From Rhynchobatus australiae (taxonomy: Eukaryota): a stretch of DNA of 64,000 nt. Every line of letters begins with the position of its first letter. The first letter of the stretch is position 1. Shown here piece after piece: positions 1 through 12,970 of the stretch. The stretch lies in assembly GCA_034780895.1 (NCBI GenBank), contig JAUZTB010000077.1:7137156-7201155 (forward strand), read 5' to 3'. Made by a program: the position numbers and the translations under genes. The notes under the pieces were generated by a model. It was not told the DNA's origin and searched no databases. It saw nothing but the letters and a program-made list of their open reading frames with translations.

Positions 1-195
1 ACTTGCCAGGAAGCTCAATTGCTAAGAATATTCAAGACTGAGATTGATAGATTTCTAGATATTGAGAGAATCAAGGGATAAGAGGTCAATATAGGGAAGT
101 GACACTGAGTTAAAAGTTTAGCTATGATTTTATTGAATGGTGGTGCAGGCACAAGGGCTATGTGGCCTACTCCTGCTTCCATTTCTCATGTACTT
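1..195 (+). mobile_element. CR1 3' end (similar copy at ~23430-23710)
   Basis: ATATTCAAGACTGAGATTGATAGATTT..GAATGGTGG..TGGCCTACTCCTGCT. Confidence 0.6.
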
Positions 196-3100
196 ATTTT
201 CCAGCCCAATCGTTTAATCAAAGTTTTTGTAGGTAGAAGATGTTAACTCTCTGTACGCCATTTATTTGTATTTCTTGTCCTTTGCTTAATTAATTAAAAT
301 ACCTAAAATTTATTTTCTACATACAACTTTTAAAAAAATTCTATAGTTAGCGTAATGTTAGAGTATATATGGGTAAGACTGACAAATGGATACCCAATTT
401 TCTGGTAATTTCCATTATCTGCTTAGGAGCTCCTATATTATAATGAATACATTCTATGGTGACTCTTTAGGGAGGGACATCCCGTAGGTCATTTGCTTGA
501 GTGTGTTTAAATTATATTTTAGACTCCGCCTATCAATGCTTTAATTTCAATACAAGAAGAATATTTTTAATTGAGCTTGCCATAATGTAGCATATTATGT
601 AGCATTAACCTTGATTCTTCTCAACACTGACCAAATGAATCTGTTTTATTCCATAATTAAAACCGTTGTTGTATATCAAGAGATGATTATCAGTATTAGT
701 CAAATTCTTATTCAGAAANNNNNNNNNNNNNNNNNNNNNNNNNNNNNNNNNNNNNNNNNNNNNNNNNNNNNATCTTCAAGAAAACAAATGAAAAATGGTT
801 GGCACAAGACAAACAAAGCTATGAATATAAAAACTGTGAACTGCCCTCTTGTTAATGTCACAGGGTTTAATCACGTCATTATAGCTTAAATCTACTGCTC
901 TTCTGATGTCTCACTTGCCATGTCAACTGAGGTATAACGCAAAACCTCCATTCTGTCAGCTAGCAACCAGCTCAAATCTCCAATAACAAGTCATTGCAAT
1001 AAAGTATTCCAGTTTAATTTTACATGAATTTCTTTTCTTGTTCAAAGTTATAGACCAGCTTACAATTCAAATTCTTACTTGTGCCCAGCTGTATGTGATT
1101 ATTATGAAAGCTGAATGCCGAAATGGCTAATTCTATTTAATTTCAGTTTCTGACTGTGACCGAGTCCTTTTCTTCCTTAGTTACTGTCAGATTGTACATT
1201 TGTCGATTTTGACAAGATAGCGAAGGGAAAAAGGTCAGCTCTGAAATAATCAGGCAGCGCTGGCAGCGAGATGGTGGGTTGAAGCTGGTGCGCGCTGGCT
1301 GTGCTGTCGGCTTTGCTTTTGTGACTCTGATGAGAAGCTGACTGTTTGCATCCACACCTGGTAGTTGACGTGGCCAGTAAGATGCCACATCCAGCAAAAC
1401 CTTTCAATCATGTCTATGTACCATGAATATAATCAAAGCAATGATGCTGTCAGCTTATATACAATGCACCTCCAACTCCAAATTGATGGCCTGTTTACAG
1501 GCTGCACGTCCTGGTCATTTTAAATCAGTCTTATTACCAAGATATCAGTGTGTTGCTCTATATCAGGAACTGCAGGATGCAAATTTTGACCATGAATCCA
1601 TCAGTGTGGAGGCAGGAAGCATGAAGTGGCATGTTAGAAAACCAGTGATATCTTCACACATGCTTGTCACAATTCAGGAATGACAATTTTTATTATTCAT
1701 CAACTCTCTCACTTCACGCTCTACATTGTCTACATAAATTTTAGCAAATACTTTGTAGCAGAATTTTAAGGACACCAGCAAAGTTTTCATTTCAAGGTGT
1801 CCACATATTTAAATATGATTCACAAAAAAGGATAAATAATATTAATTAGGCAATCATTTATACATTAACTTTAGCTGAATCTTTCCTATAGCTTTCAATA
1901 TCCATGTCCATTCAATTTTTTAACTGAATATAGACATTAATAGTGAATGTTTTAATTTGAGTGGTTGGATTTATGTTGGTTTCATCAATATGAAAATATT
2001 AGAGTAAGCAATGTTTATGTTATATATATATAACTGTACAGGCAACAAAATTGCAAAATGTTTTATGGAAATGAAAATTAACAAACTTTTCCTACAACAC
2101 CTGATCTTTGAAATTATTTGAGTTATCATGTGTAATTAATCACAGACTTAAATGTTATTGATTCTATATGGTAATTTTAGCCTAAGTGAGCAGTTGGAAT
2201 GTGAATTAATAAATGAGGATTAAAAAAAGGTGGCATGTAAAACCAAATGTTACACTCAATTTTGTCAATTTCCCAATGGATGGACTGGGTTAAAATTTTC
2301 CTCTAGATATTTATAACCATTCAATGACATCATTTAGATTCTGTGCATAAATTACATTTTGCCTATATATAATTTGCATTTGTATGAATATTTATTGTAG
2401 GTCTAAGCTACCAAAGCAATATTAATTTTTTAAGAGTTAGTGCTTATAAGCAATTACTACTTTTTATCCACTTATTCTTAACTGGGCAATTAAGCTATCA
2501 TTTTCACCAAGCAAATTTCAGGATTATTTTCTGGCAAATGTTGATGAAGCTTTTTTTCTATTTAGATAAGGGAATAAATATCTGCATAGGAACAGAGCTG
2601 AATAGAAACGAAATACAATGGGAATGCAATGANNNNNNNNNNNNNNNNNNNNNNNNNNNNNNNNNNNNNNNNNNNNNNNNNNNNNNNNNNNNNNNNNNNN
2701 NNNNNNNNNNNNNNNNNNNNNNNNNNNNNNNNNNNNNNNNNNNNNNNNNNNNNNNNNNNNNNNNNNNNNNNNNNNNNNNNNNNNNNNNNNNNNNNNNNNN
2801 NNNNNNNNNNNNNNNNNNNNNNNNNNAACAGCTGTAGTTAAAAAAAGCTGCCAATGTAAAATGCAGTACACATTAGTTTATTCTCTGTGCACGTGCAATT
2901 GAGATTTATCCTGCTGTCAATTTAACCATAAACTGCAAAGTAAAATATGTTAACATGTGAGGTAAATCATAATAGAATATTTCCAGAGACCGGCTCAAAA
3001 ATAACTGTTACCTTATACTTGAATAAAAATATTGGCTTGGCCTGATTAGCTAAATCCTATTTTATGGTTTTGTTATCCTGATATCTGAGCCTATATTTCT

Positions 3101-3734
3101 TACTTGATTATTATATTTCTTTATGTTCATGGTATGATGGATGCAAAAAGCAATATTATAACCTTCTGTAAAGTTAAATAACCCTGAGGTTGCTACTCAA
3201 AGGTAATTAGGAAATTATGTCCTTTTTCAGTGGATACAAACACAAAACTGAATGCAAACAAGGTATCCTGTCAAAGTTGAGTTCTTTTCACCCGAACCCT
3301 TACCTTTGCCTTGAGACGAAAGATCACATACTTAATATTATTAAATATGCTATCAAGTTAGGCACATTTCACATTCCTAGTTGTGTGCTTCCTATAATCT
3401 GTTGCACCCTTCAAAGACAAGCCAATTTATGTGTATTGTGTTTTTAATTTAGAGTTGAAAGCTTTAAGGAAAAGGTCTACTAGAAACAGCTGGGTAAAAT
3501 GATCAGAAAATTGATATTGAATAGCTAAGTGCAACTTGGGTGTGATCCAGACAAAATATAAAAGTGTGCAAATTACACTGTCTCTTGACTCAGTATTGAA
3601 ATGTGATTATATGAATGATGCAAAGCTTGTTAATAAGTTCTACGGTAAAATCAGTATTTATGAATTATCTCATCTTTCTTTTAATCTTGTATAGTTTAGT
3701 GATGCTTTGGCTTATATTGGAAATTAATACCCAC

Positions 3735-3795
3735 CTCCTGCACAGACACTTGATGGTTCAACTGCTAGAATTTCAATGCAAGATTTCTTAAGAAT
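3735..3795 (-). CDS. ANTXRL: ANTXR-like exon 9 (end of vWA, start of Ig-like stalk); later exons not found in window
   Basis: aacag|ATT...G|gtgggt, 61 nt, ILKKSCIEILAVEPSSVCAG(E). Confidence 0.92.
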
Positions 3796-3978
3796 CTGTT
3801 AAGATAGAAAGTATGAAAATATTTTGGTACTTATCAAAAACCAACTATAGACAGTTTAAATAAAGTAGTTTTTTAATTTACTTTTTTCACTAAATAAACT
3901 GGAGAAGATTATTTTGTTTAACAACTTCATAAACACCATTGGTGGAAAAGCCACCACGTGTTGCTGAATTGGACCTAC

Positions 3979-4059
3979 CGAATCAATAACGCTTCCTAAT
4001 GCTTGAAATCCACCCGTTACTGGGAACACATGATCGATGCTATCAGCAATTTTGGCTAA
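3979..4059 (-). CDS. ANTXRL: ANTXR-like exon 8
   Basis: ttctag|TTA...TCG|gtaggt, 81 nt, LAKIADSIDHVFPVTGGFQALGSVIDS. Confidence 0.92.
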
Positions 4060-4785
4060 CTAGAAAAGAAAGCCCTTGATTAAAAGATAATTAGGTTGAG
4101 ATACATAGGCAGTTCTTTTCCCATTATTCTGTGAAGTTTACAATGGGTACTAGAGACAAACCATAGTAATAATATGCATATGTTATTAAGCTGCATCCCA
4201 GCCCAAAAGTCCAAGGAAAATCTGATGTAAGTCGGTTTTCATGCAATGTAATTTCTTGAGACATTGGCACGGCATTGCCAAGCCCTCTGCCGAATATTCC
4301 TAAAGTTCAGTAGCACGACATCATGCCATTCAAAACCTTTGCAAAGATAATTTTTCTTGATTTACACTTGTTTTCTTGAGGCATCCAGGAAATTTAGATA
4401 ATACAAAAAATAATTTATAGATAAATGTCAACCTAGCATTATCTCTAAAAAATGGAGAGGATGTCTTCTAGCAACATCTTCATTGATTGCCTAAAGCACA
4501 CTTTTAGGACCATCATCTTTCTCGGTGGATTCATGGGGAAAAGTTAGTGCAACAATCATCCCACATGGCACTTCTATGTTGGGCCTTTAAGGGTGCAAAA
4601 GCAGGAACATGGTGGTTAAAACACCAAGGTGGGAAAGACCAGAGAAAACATGGTTAACCACCATCAGAACTCTCCTGTGTCCATCACCACCTGGTCTTGC
4701 CATGGGTGTGTCATTCATGAGCTTTGAGAAAGTGTAATACCAATTTTATTTTAGATAAAAGTATTTCAAAAAAAATGTGTTGTAC

Positions 4786-4854
4786 CTGAGTTTCATTGAA
4801 ATCTTTCACACCAACACAATAAATTGTAGCACCAAAGCTTCTAGCTCTTTCAGC
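4786..4854 (-). CDS. ANTXRL: ANTXR-like exon 7
   Basis: tag|GCT...CAG|gtacaa, 69 nt, AERARSFGATIYCVGVKDFNETQ. Confidence 0.92.
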
Positions 4855-4942
4855 CTATACAACAAAAGGATATTTGTCAAATGTTGCTCCTGTTAAAGAT
4901 AAACTGAGACTTTCTTTTTGTTCTTTTGTTGTGAACACTTAC

Positions 4943-5022
4943 TTCTACTTGTGCAAGGTCATACAAGTTGTCAACTAATTCCCCATCCGTCAATGCAATA
5001 ATGACACTAGCAGCTCGAATCC
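4943..5022 (-). CDS. ANTXRL: ANTXR-like exon 6 (MIDAS Asp)
   Basis: cacag|GG...GAA|gtaagt, 80 nt, (G)IRAASVIIALTDGELVDNLYDLAQVE. Confidence 0.92.
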
Positions 5023-5740
5023 CTGTGATTGTAGAATCAAAATTAATAATTTTCCTAATATTTACCTTTTCAATAGCATGTTAATAACTCACTTTTCTGT
5101 GCGCCTGAAGTGCTCAACAACTCAAAATCTAAAAATGATTTTTGGACCAACTAAGTTAAGGCAATGTAACACCTTTGGCTGCAACAGAGGCTGATTTCCA
5201 TTAACTAATGAGACATCACAAGTAGGAACTACAAATTAATCTTGCTATTGATAGGATAATTTTGGTGAACTAAAGGACTTTCTTAGCAACATAACTACTG
5301 AACTGATATTAATTTACCTGAAAATTAACCATTATATGTACAAAATATGTGAACTGAAATTTATAAAGGTAAAATGTTTGAAAGAATTTTAATCAGGAAA
5401 TCTCCTTGTATATATTTCATTTTTTTCATCTGCTCTTTTGCAAAACCAGACTGTACTTATCACTGTTTGTACTTCATATAAGGAGATACACATACAAAAT
5501 GCCTTTCCACCCTCATTACCAGCCCAAAGCTACCAAAAGAACTATGACCCACATACAAGATATGGGTCAACATTATCACCAGTACCCAAAGATCCTAACT
5601 CTCCAGTTCCATGTCTGATGTTCCCTCCCTTTCAGACTCCCTGTTTTATTCTTGATCTCTCTAAGAATGATATTCAGGAACTGATGCCTCTAAAATGCTA
5701 ACTCTGCATCTTTTCCTTTACTTATGAAGCATTATGATGG

Positions 5741-6056
5741 AAGGAAAGTTTCTGATTTCCCTTCTATAAATTAAAATAGAATAATTTCTGGTACTGGTTT
5801 TTTGGTCTCCAGTTGTACTAATGTGCAGTGGCAGCACCGTGTATAAAAGTCAACGCGCATTAAAATCAAATTTCCCGCTCTCTGGGGAGCTGCAGTGACT
5901 TATGGGTGATATTACAAGAAGCAGAAAATGTGATTGTAATGTGTACTGACTTTTTCATGCGCTGCCACTGCTGCGCACTAAAGTAATCGTGTAGCGGGAG
6001 ACTGAGAATTAAATTATTTTAATTAGGCTTTACAATGTAAATCAGAATATTTCCTT
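5741..6056. repeat. Degenerate ~315-bp palindrome (ancient MITE-like foldback)
   Basis: Paired arms: AAGGAAAGTTTCTGATTT / AAATCAGAATATTTCCTT; GCAGTGGCAGC..AAAAGTCA / TGACTTTT..GCTGCCACTGC; CATTAAAATCAAATTT / AAAATGTGATTGTAATG. Confidence 0.7.
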
Positions 6057-7221
6057 GAAACAAAGCAAATTCTAAGTAAGGTCAATGGTCCCAAGTTTAA
6101 AAAAAGGTCTGTGTATAAGAAATGGGAAGGGAGCAGATTGGGATCATGAGAAAATCCAGAAAGAGGATGCTAGAGAATCAAAAATTATCTTTTCATTTTA
6201 AGTACCATAGCTGTAGNNNNNNNNNNNNNNNNNATGGTTCTGGTCAGGTATATTGCATGTGACAACTGTCATTTCTAATATGGTGGTTAAATATTGTGCT
6301 GTAAGTTAACAAAGAATGTACAGATCCCATAGCTAAAGAGCATTCTAAGCACAGCATCGGAAGTGGAGATATTCAATTTTTTGCTGGTTTTCCATTGGCT
6401 TAACTTCAGGTAATGGAACATACTATTGCCTACAAGACCTGTGTCCAAAGACAAACATGGGCAGGTCCCAATAACACCTTATTGTGTGTAAAATGAGTCC
6501 TGATGTCAAACTTCAAAGAAGGCCAAATATTTTCTGCAAGTATAGAGTAATCTGTTAAACCAATGATTTTCACTGCTTCAGTAATTTGCCAATTTCAGCT
6601 GCATCCTTTGAAAAGTTTCAAATAATGCCCATTATCCTGTTGAGGAAGAGTGGGGGATGAAAATAAATAATGCTCCGTCACTAAGTTATTTTCATGCCTT
6701 CTGGCAAGCACAGAATACTGGCAGAGATTCTGGAACTGTCCATTTGTTTACTTTACTGGCCATGTCTGATGGTCCACTGAAACCAAGGAGAAGGCAGACA
6801 GTCATGACATAAATATTGGAGTACGTGTACCCAAAAATCAGAATAATTACATTTTTAAATAGAAAATGTACAGAATAAAATAGTTATATGAATGATGAAT
6901 GAAGTTATATAATACCTAAACTGCCTTAATAAGCATGATAAAAGGAGGTCAAAAACATCAACACAAACAATGACAACAAATTGCATTTATATTGCACTTT
7001 TAAAGCTGTACTGCAGATTGATAAGGAAATAAAGGTAGTCACTGAGCTACAGATGGTGATCAAAACATGGTCACAGATGGGTTTTAAGAATGGCCTTTAA
7101 GGAGGAAAATGGAGAGGCAAAGAAATTTAGGAAAGAAATTACAAAGCTGAGGGCAACTCGCAGTGATAGGTTGAGGGAGAATGAAGATGATGCTTGAGTT
7201 AGAAAGAAGGCTAATGCTTAC

Positions 7222-7255
7222 CTGAGTAGTTTTCATGGTAAATCTGTTCAGTTGC
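7222..7255 (-). CDS. ANTXRL: ANTXR-like exon 5 (34 nt)
   Basis: cacag|GCA...G|gtaagc, ATEQIYHENYS(G). Confidence 0.9.
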
Positions 7256-7376
7256 CTGTGGTAAAATGAAAGAGAGCAATATAAAATGATAGTAAACTAA
7301 TAGCAATGTGTCCTAATGACCAGAAGTAATGGATTTTTTTAATGATAAAGAACAGATCTTGATGCATAAGTTTTAC

Positions 7377-7458
7377 CTTCTTGAAGCCCTCGTGCATGAA
7401 TGTATCCCCTCCAGGGATTTCCTTTCGGAGGGTTTGAAGACCTTTGCGTATAGTTTCC
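7377..7458 (-). CDS. ANTXRL: ANTXR-like exon 4 (MIDAS Thr)
   Basis: aag|G...AAG|gtaaaa, 82 nt, (R)ETIRKGLQTLRKEIPGGDTFMHEGFKK. Confidence 0.92.
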
Positions 7459-7659
7459 CTTCAATTGAAATACAAATATTTAGCAACAACCTTAGATAAG
7501 ATAAGATTATTAGTCATATGTACATTGAAACACGCAGTGAAGTGTGTCTATTTATAATAGTNNNNNNNNNNAACACGCAGTGAAATACATCTTTTCGCGT
7601 AGTGTTCTGGGGGCACCCACAAGTGTCGCCATGCTTCTGGCGCCAACATAGCATGGCCA

Positions 7660-7805
7660 CAATTCCTAACCTTATGTCTTTGGAATGTAGGAGGAAACAG
7701 GAGCACTCGGAGGAAACCCACACAGACACGGGGAGAACATACAAACTCCTTACAGATAGTGGCCAGATTTGAACCTGGGTCACTGGCTCTATAAAGCATC
7801 ATACT
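7660..7805 (-). mobile_element. V-SINE (HE1-like) fragment
   Basis: Reverse complement GAGTTTGTATGTTCTCCCCGTGTCTGTGTGGGTTTCCTCCGAGTGCTCC, the V-domain motif. Confidence 0.7.
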
Positions 7806-7905
7806 AAATGTGCCTGCAAAGCATAGGAAAATCTCACTAGACCTTCTACAAACAAAATGAGCAAAATGAGGAGATATTAGAGCAGGATATTAAAAGTTCA
7901 GTTGC

Positions 7906-8450
7906 TTTTTTTTCTTTTCTAATCTTTTTATTAATTTTCAAATTAATAAACATTACAGTAGTAATTATACACATGATACAAAGAGATCGGGATTACAATA
8001 ATAACTGTTAACGTATAGAGACACAGAGTAAAATGTGTAATCTGAACCTGAATTGAGTATGAAAAAGATTTAAAAAGAAATTTGATTATATGAAAAAAAC
8101 CCAAACCAAAAAAAAACAAACCAAATAGTAATAATAAACAAAAACTAACCTAGAATCTAAACAAAAACTGGGCTGTCGTATTTCATTGGTTCAAAGCATT
8201 ATTATGTCATTAACTCCACTCCTCTATATTCAAATAGAAAGTTATTGAAAAGGATTTGGAAAAGGTCAGCTTACATCATATGAAAATGCTGAATAAATGG
8301 GCTCCAAGTTTCTTCAAATTTAACTGAAGGCTCAATAGTACCACTCCTAATTTTTTTCTAAGTTTAAACATAAGTTTTTGGGAAAACCATTGGAATGTAG
8401 TAGGGGGTTTAGGATCTTTCCATTTAAATAGAATGGACCTCCTGGCTATT
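7906..8450 (-). mobile_element. 5'-truncated L1-clade LINE with poly(A) and TSD
   Basis: Reverse translation gives IARRSILFKWKDPKPPTTFQWF and KFEETWSPFIQHFHMM* (L1 ORF2 C-terminus); T-tract at 7906; TSD AAGTTCAGTT[G/A]C at 7894-7905 and 8451-8462. Confidence 0.75.
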
Positions 8451-8639
8451 AAGTTCAGTTACTTTTAAGGAGAATCTTAAAAGAAGTAAAGAGGCGTCAA
8501 ACTATGAAGAAGGAATTCCAGAGTTTAAAACTTAGGCAACTGAAAGCATGGCCACCACTGGTGCTGCAATTATATTAACAAATAACAGAAATATAAAATC
8601 AAGTAATATATTTATTATTTCATCCTGAATGAAAATTTT

Positions 8640-9495
8640 AAAATTGCAGATGTTGGAGCTCTGAAATAAAACCAGAAAATGTTGGAAACGCTCAGCAAGT
8701 CTGGCAGCATCTGTGAATAGAGAAACAAAATTTAACATTTCAGGTCAAAAACTCCTCATCAGAACTGAGAAAGAGAGAAAATAAGTTAGTCAAGTTGCAT
8801 AGAAGGTGGGGGAGGAATGCACAGTTCAAAGGGAATATCTCTAATAGGGCAAGGCCAGGGTTGCCATGGCAATAAGCAGTTGATGAAAGTATTTGGTTGA
8901 TAGGTTAAACAGGGAAGATAGAGCAGGAGAAAATAAACAGAGGAACATGCAAAGGATGTGAAATGCAGGTCAGAGTTTAGGAAACTCCCAGCAGATTAGA
9001 CACGATTAGTAACTAGAAAGGAACTGAACTAATATCATAGATGGACAACGTACAACGGAACTAACTGTTTCTGACACACTTAGAGAAAACAAGTTACTAG
9101 AAATTTTTGAAGTTGATATTGATTCCTGAATATTGAAGGCTGCAAACTGCCCAGACTGATGGAGGTGCTTTTCCTCAAAGTTGTGTTCAGCCTTGTTTGT
9201 ACAGTGAAGGAGGCCACAGACAGATAGATCAGAGTGGGAGAGAGATGGAAAATTGTAATGGCAGTCACCTCATCTCCTGTCTGGGCATGCTAACCAGATG
9301 GCTTCACAAATATCTTATCACCAGGGCAACTCTAGTCTTGCTCTATCACAGATATTTGTTTTGTCCTATCCATTTCTCTCTCACCTTCTCTGCAGTTTCC
9401 TCTGCAGCTCTGACAAAGGGTCTTCAACCTGAACCATGAATTCCGTTTCTCTTTCTATAGATACTGTCTGACCTGCTGAGTGTTTTCAGCATTTT
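8640..9495. mobile_element. Penelope-like element remnant with inverted terminal repeats
   Basis: GCAGATGTTGG..CTCAGCAAGTCTGGCAGCATCTGTG at 8646-8715 is inverted at 9405-9495; GIY-YIG tail-like LGSLQP at ~9100-9200 (minus). Confidence 0.6.
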
Positions 9496-9703
9496 TTAAA
9501 CCATTTGACCCAATTTTTTAAAATATTGATATTCAGTCAAAACAGTAGTTTGGCTGGATATTCCTATGGTTTTTATTTCACCAGATCAGAAAGGAAGACC
9601 TTAAAAAGTTGTGAATACTTATGCCATTACTAGTCAGTAATCTTACTATCTTTAAAAACATGAACACTAATTATGTATTGCCATGCTCTATTTGAATACT
9701 TAC

Positions 9704-9775
9704 CTATCTGCGGTCAGTCTCATCAAGGTTCTACTCGTTGAAGAGAAAACAATAAAAGACATTCGTAGCTGAGGA
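9704..9775 (-). CDS. ANTXRL: ANTXR-like exon 3
   Basis: ttcag|T...AG|gtaagt, 72 nt, (S)PQLRMSFIVFSSTSRTLMRLTAD(R). Confidence 0.92.
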
Positions 9776-9859
9776 CTGAAAGAAGTTCATTATTAGTCAA
9801 GTACTTTAAATATATTAACTAATATATTTGACAGTAACAATGTTAAAATGACTTGATAC

Positions 9860-9931
9860 CTCAAAAACTTTTCAGCAAGATCTTCGACAAAAGAATATAT
9901 TTCAATCCAATGGTTCATAACACTTCCAGAT
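9860..9931 (-). CDS. ANTXRL: ANTXR-like exon 2 (completes MIDAS DxSxS)
   Basis: ttctag|A...AG|gtatca, 72 nt, (K)SGSVMNHWIEIYSFVEDLAEKFL(S); phase-compatible with exon 1. Confidence 0.92.
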
Positions 9932-10289
9932 CTAGAAAAAAATACAACTTACAATTATTTATGAATATACTGAGAAAGTTCTACACAGCCTGAGGCACGG
10001 TTCTTTGAGACCTTAAATCATCTGCCACCTTAGTTGGATGTACCATCAAACATACAAATGAGTGTTGGCTGGTGATCGTTCTCTACCTCAAATGAAATGG
10101 GTTTCATTGTCTAAAATGGAATGGGATCCATGGGGCTCAACACAACAAGCAGCAAATAACAGTGCACATTGTTAGCACTGATCAACTAAGTCAAATTTCT
10201 CCCACACAATCTGGTCATCATCTCAATGCAATGTGAAGGATCTTGCACTGCACAAATTGTGTGCAATGTTTCATCTATTTTTACTTTTA

Positions 10290-12180
10290 TTCAGACTTGG
10301 GATGTGGATATAGCAAGTGAGACAGGTATGCATAATTACTTGTTAACTTCAGGATTTTAACTTGGACAAAATATGGTGATATATTTTCAAGTCAGGACAC
10401 TGTGTAATTTGAAAAGGAACTTTCAAATAATGAGATTCCCATTTACTTGTTTCCCCTTTCTCTTCTGGACAACAGAAGTCACAGGTTGGGAAGTGCTATT
10501 GAAGAACCACTGGTAAATTCTTGTGGTGCTTTCTGTAAATGGTACTTATTGTACTACAGTACATGCTGCTGGTGGAGGGAGTGAATATTCAGAATGGTGA
10601 GTGGGATGTCAATCAAGTATGTTAATTTGTTCTGAATGGTGTTCTGCTTCTTGAGCGTTCTTGGAGCTGCACTCATCTGCATAAGCAGGGAATATTCATT
10701 TGTAGTCACTGTATGATTTGCAGGTGGTGGAATGGCTTCAGGGAGACAGGTGAGAAGCTTGTCACAAAATATCAAACCCTTCCCATGCTTTTCTAGCTAT
10801 TATTTATATGCTGGTCGAGTTAAGTTTCTGGTCACTGGTGACACCCATGATATTAATGATGGAGAAATTTGAAGATGAACTGTAATTAAAAGGCAAAGGG
10901 AGATGGCTAGGCTCTCTCTTGTTAGAGTTACCATCTTCACAATGGGAATAAATTCCTTCAAAACTTGACCTTCATAAGATGCTGTTGTCCATCAGCAAAA
11001 TGAATATTTTTCTTTTGCCCATATCCTCAAGGCCTGGCATAACCCTCACAATCATTATTATCAAGTCAGGATATCAATCCCAAGTTAATGAGGAATGTGG
11101 AAAAGCATGCCAAGAATAGCAACTGGCATACCCAAAATTGAGGCACCAATTTTGTGAAGCTACAAGCATGCTAAAGATAGAGCAAGCAATTGCTCAAACA
11201 ATGGGCCAGATGAGAGCTGTATGGTTCTGCAATGACCGGTCATGAATTGTAATTTACAATTAAAGAGCTAAAGTGGTGGGAGGGAAGGAGGTTCCTTAAA
11301 CATTCATCTGATGGCTCCACCATCAGATGAATATTTAAGTGCAAAATCAAAAAGGAAGGGTTGGAACCATTTTCAACCAAAATGGGTGAGTGGGTGATCC
11401 CTCTAGCTCTCCTTCTGTTGTCCTCAGGAATAGAGGAGCCAGTTTTCAGCTAATTTAGTTTACTCCAAAGGATAACAAAAAAGTGCATTAGATACAACAT
11501 TATCTGTTGTGATGAACACCAGCTACAGAAACAGCTTCATCTCTAAGTTATGCTAGTATAGTGAAAAATTGACTTTGACCTGACAATATGGAAAATTGCT
11601 CGGACATATCTTGCTCACAAAAAAAGAGACAAATCCAATCTGACCATTTATTGCCATAAATCTCTCAATTATCAAAACAGTGATTGAAGGTATTGTCTAG
11701 AGTCATATCAACAAATACCAATAGACTGCTCACTAAGTGCCAGGACTATCACTTCTACACTTCATTATAGTCTTCATCCAAACAAAACCAAAAAGCTGAA
11801 TTTCAGGGTGAATTAAGGAAGACATCAAGTCAGTATTGACACAATTTTACTTTAAGGACTCCTAGTAAAATTGAAATAGATAGGAATTAAGGAAAACTAT
11901 CTGCTGCTTATATTCACATGGAGCACAGAGGAAGATGGTTGTGGTTTTTGGAGACCAATCAATCTAACCCCTGCCATTACTGGAGGAGTTTCTTGGGGTT
12001 ACTAACTTCAGTTGTCCTTTCAGCAACCTTCACTCTATTATTGGTTAGAAATGGTAATATTCTTTGATGATTGCCGAATGTTCAGTTCCATTTGCAATTG
12101 TCAAGTGAACTACGAATGAAATTAGCAAGACTCGGAAGACATTCAGGGTTGGACTGATAAACTGGCAAATACTACTCAAA
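10290..12180. mobile_element. Old CR1/L2-clade LINE fragments (minus ~10290-10920, plus ~11040-12180)
   Basis: WKIA..HKKRDKSNL..Y and GVS.G/FFDDC-like RT remnants; the minus part resembles the 52060-52570 3' end. Confidence 0.5.
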
Positions 12181-12577
12181 TACTACTCAAATGCTGGGAA
12201 GGGTGCAGGGTGTTAATCCTACCAATATAGTCAGAGATACATTAATCTTCAACAGGTAGCTTGGTGAGAATAAGATCAAGTAGATTTTTCCATATGACAA
12301 CAGTGATCATATTTCACAAGTAATTCATTAACTGTGAGTACTGACATCTGAGATTGCAATAGATACTAAGTATATGTAAAATCATTAGATGAAGGGCCTG
12401 AAACATCAACTGTTTCTCTTTCCATAGATGCTGTTAGATCTGCTGAGTATTTCCATGATATTCTGTTTTTATTTCAAACTTATAGCATCTGCAGTTTTTT
12501 GATTTTCCCATATAGTGGGAAAGCAACATTAAGGGAGTTCTGCTTATAGAAACCAACGATATAGACATTTACAATCC

Positions 12578-12970
12578 TGTCATGGTTCTGAGTTCTGGCC
12601 CTCAATTTGGCTCCATTAATGCTTTGTTCTCCAGCACATGGATTCCATGCTGGACTGATTACATAACAATACACACCTGAGCCCCATCAGGGGCGTAGCA
12701 TAAGTACCTGTGTTTCTCTAGCACTAGTTGCCAGAGTATTNNNNNNNNNNNNNNNNNNNNNNNNNNNNNNNNNNNNNNNNNNNNNNNNNNNNNNNNNNNN
12801 NNNNNNNNNNNNNNNNNNNNNNNNNNNNNNNNNNNNNNNNTCTGATCTCTGAGGCAAGATTCCTTCCAGTTGCTGCCTGTTTGTCCTGAGGAAGTATCCT
12901 GACTCCAGTCTTGTATCGGTGTGCCGCATTTGGGTTCTCTGTGAGTTTTCTCTTGATCAACATTGTGACA
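12578..12970 (+). mobile_element. Solo LTR of a Gypsy-type retrotransposon
   Basis: TGTCA...TGACA termini; 5-bp TSD AATCC at 12573-12577 and 12971-12975; similar to LTR copies at 17340 and 19224-19627. Confidence 0.85.

Noticed and set aside
1-3700. ANTXR-like exon 10 (expected SFQVVVRGNGF-like)
   Set aside because: No match found by eye; probably beyond the left edge or inside an N gap
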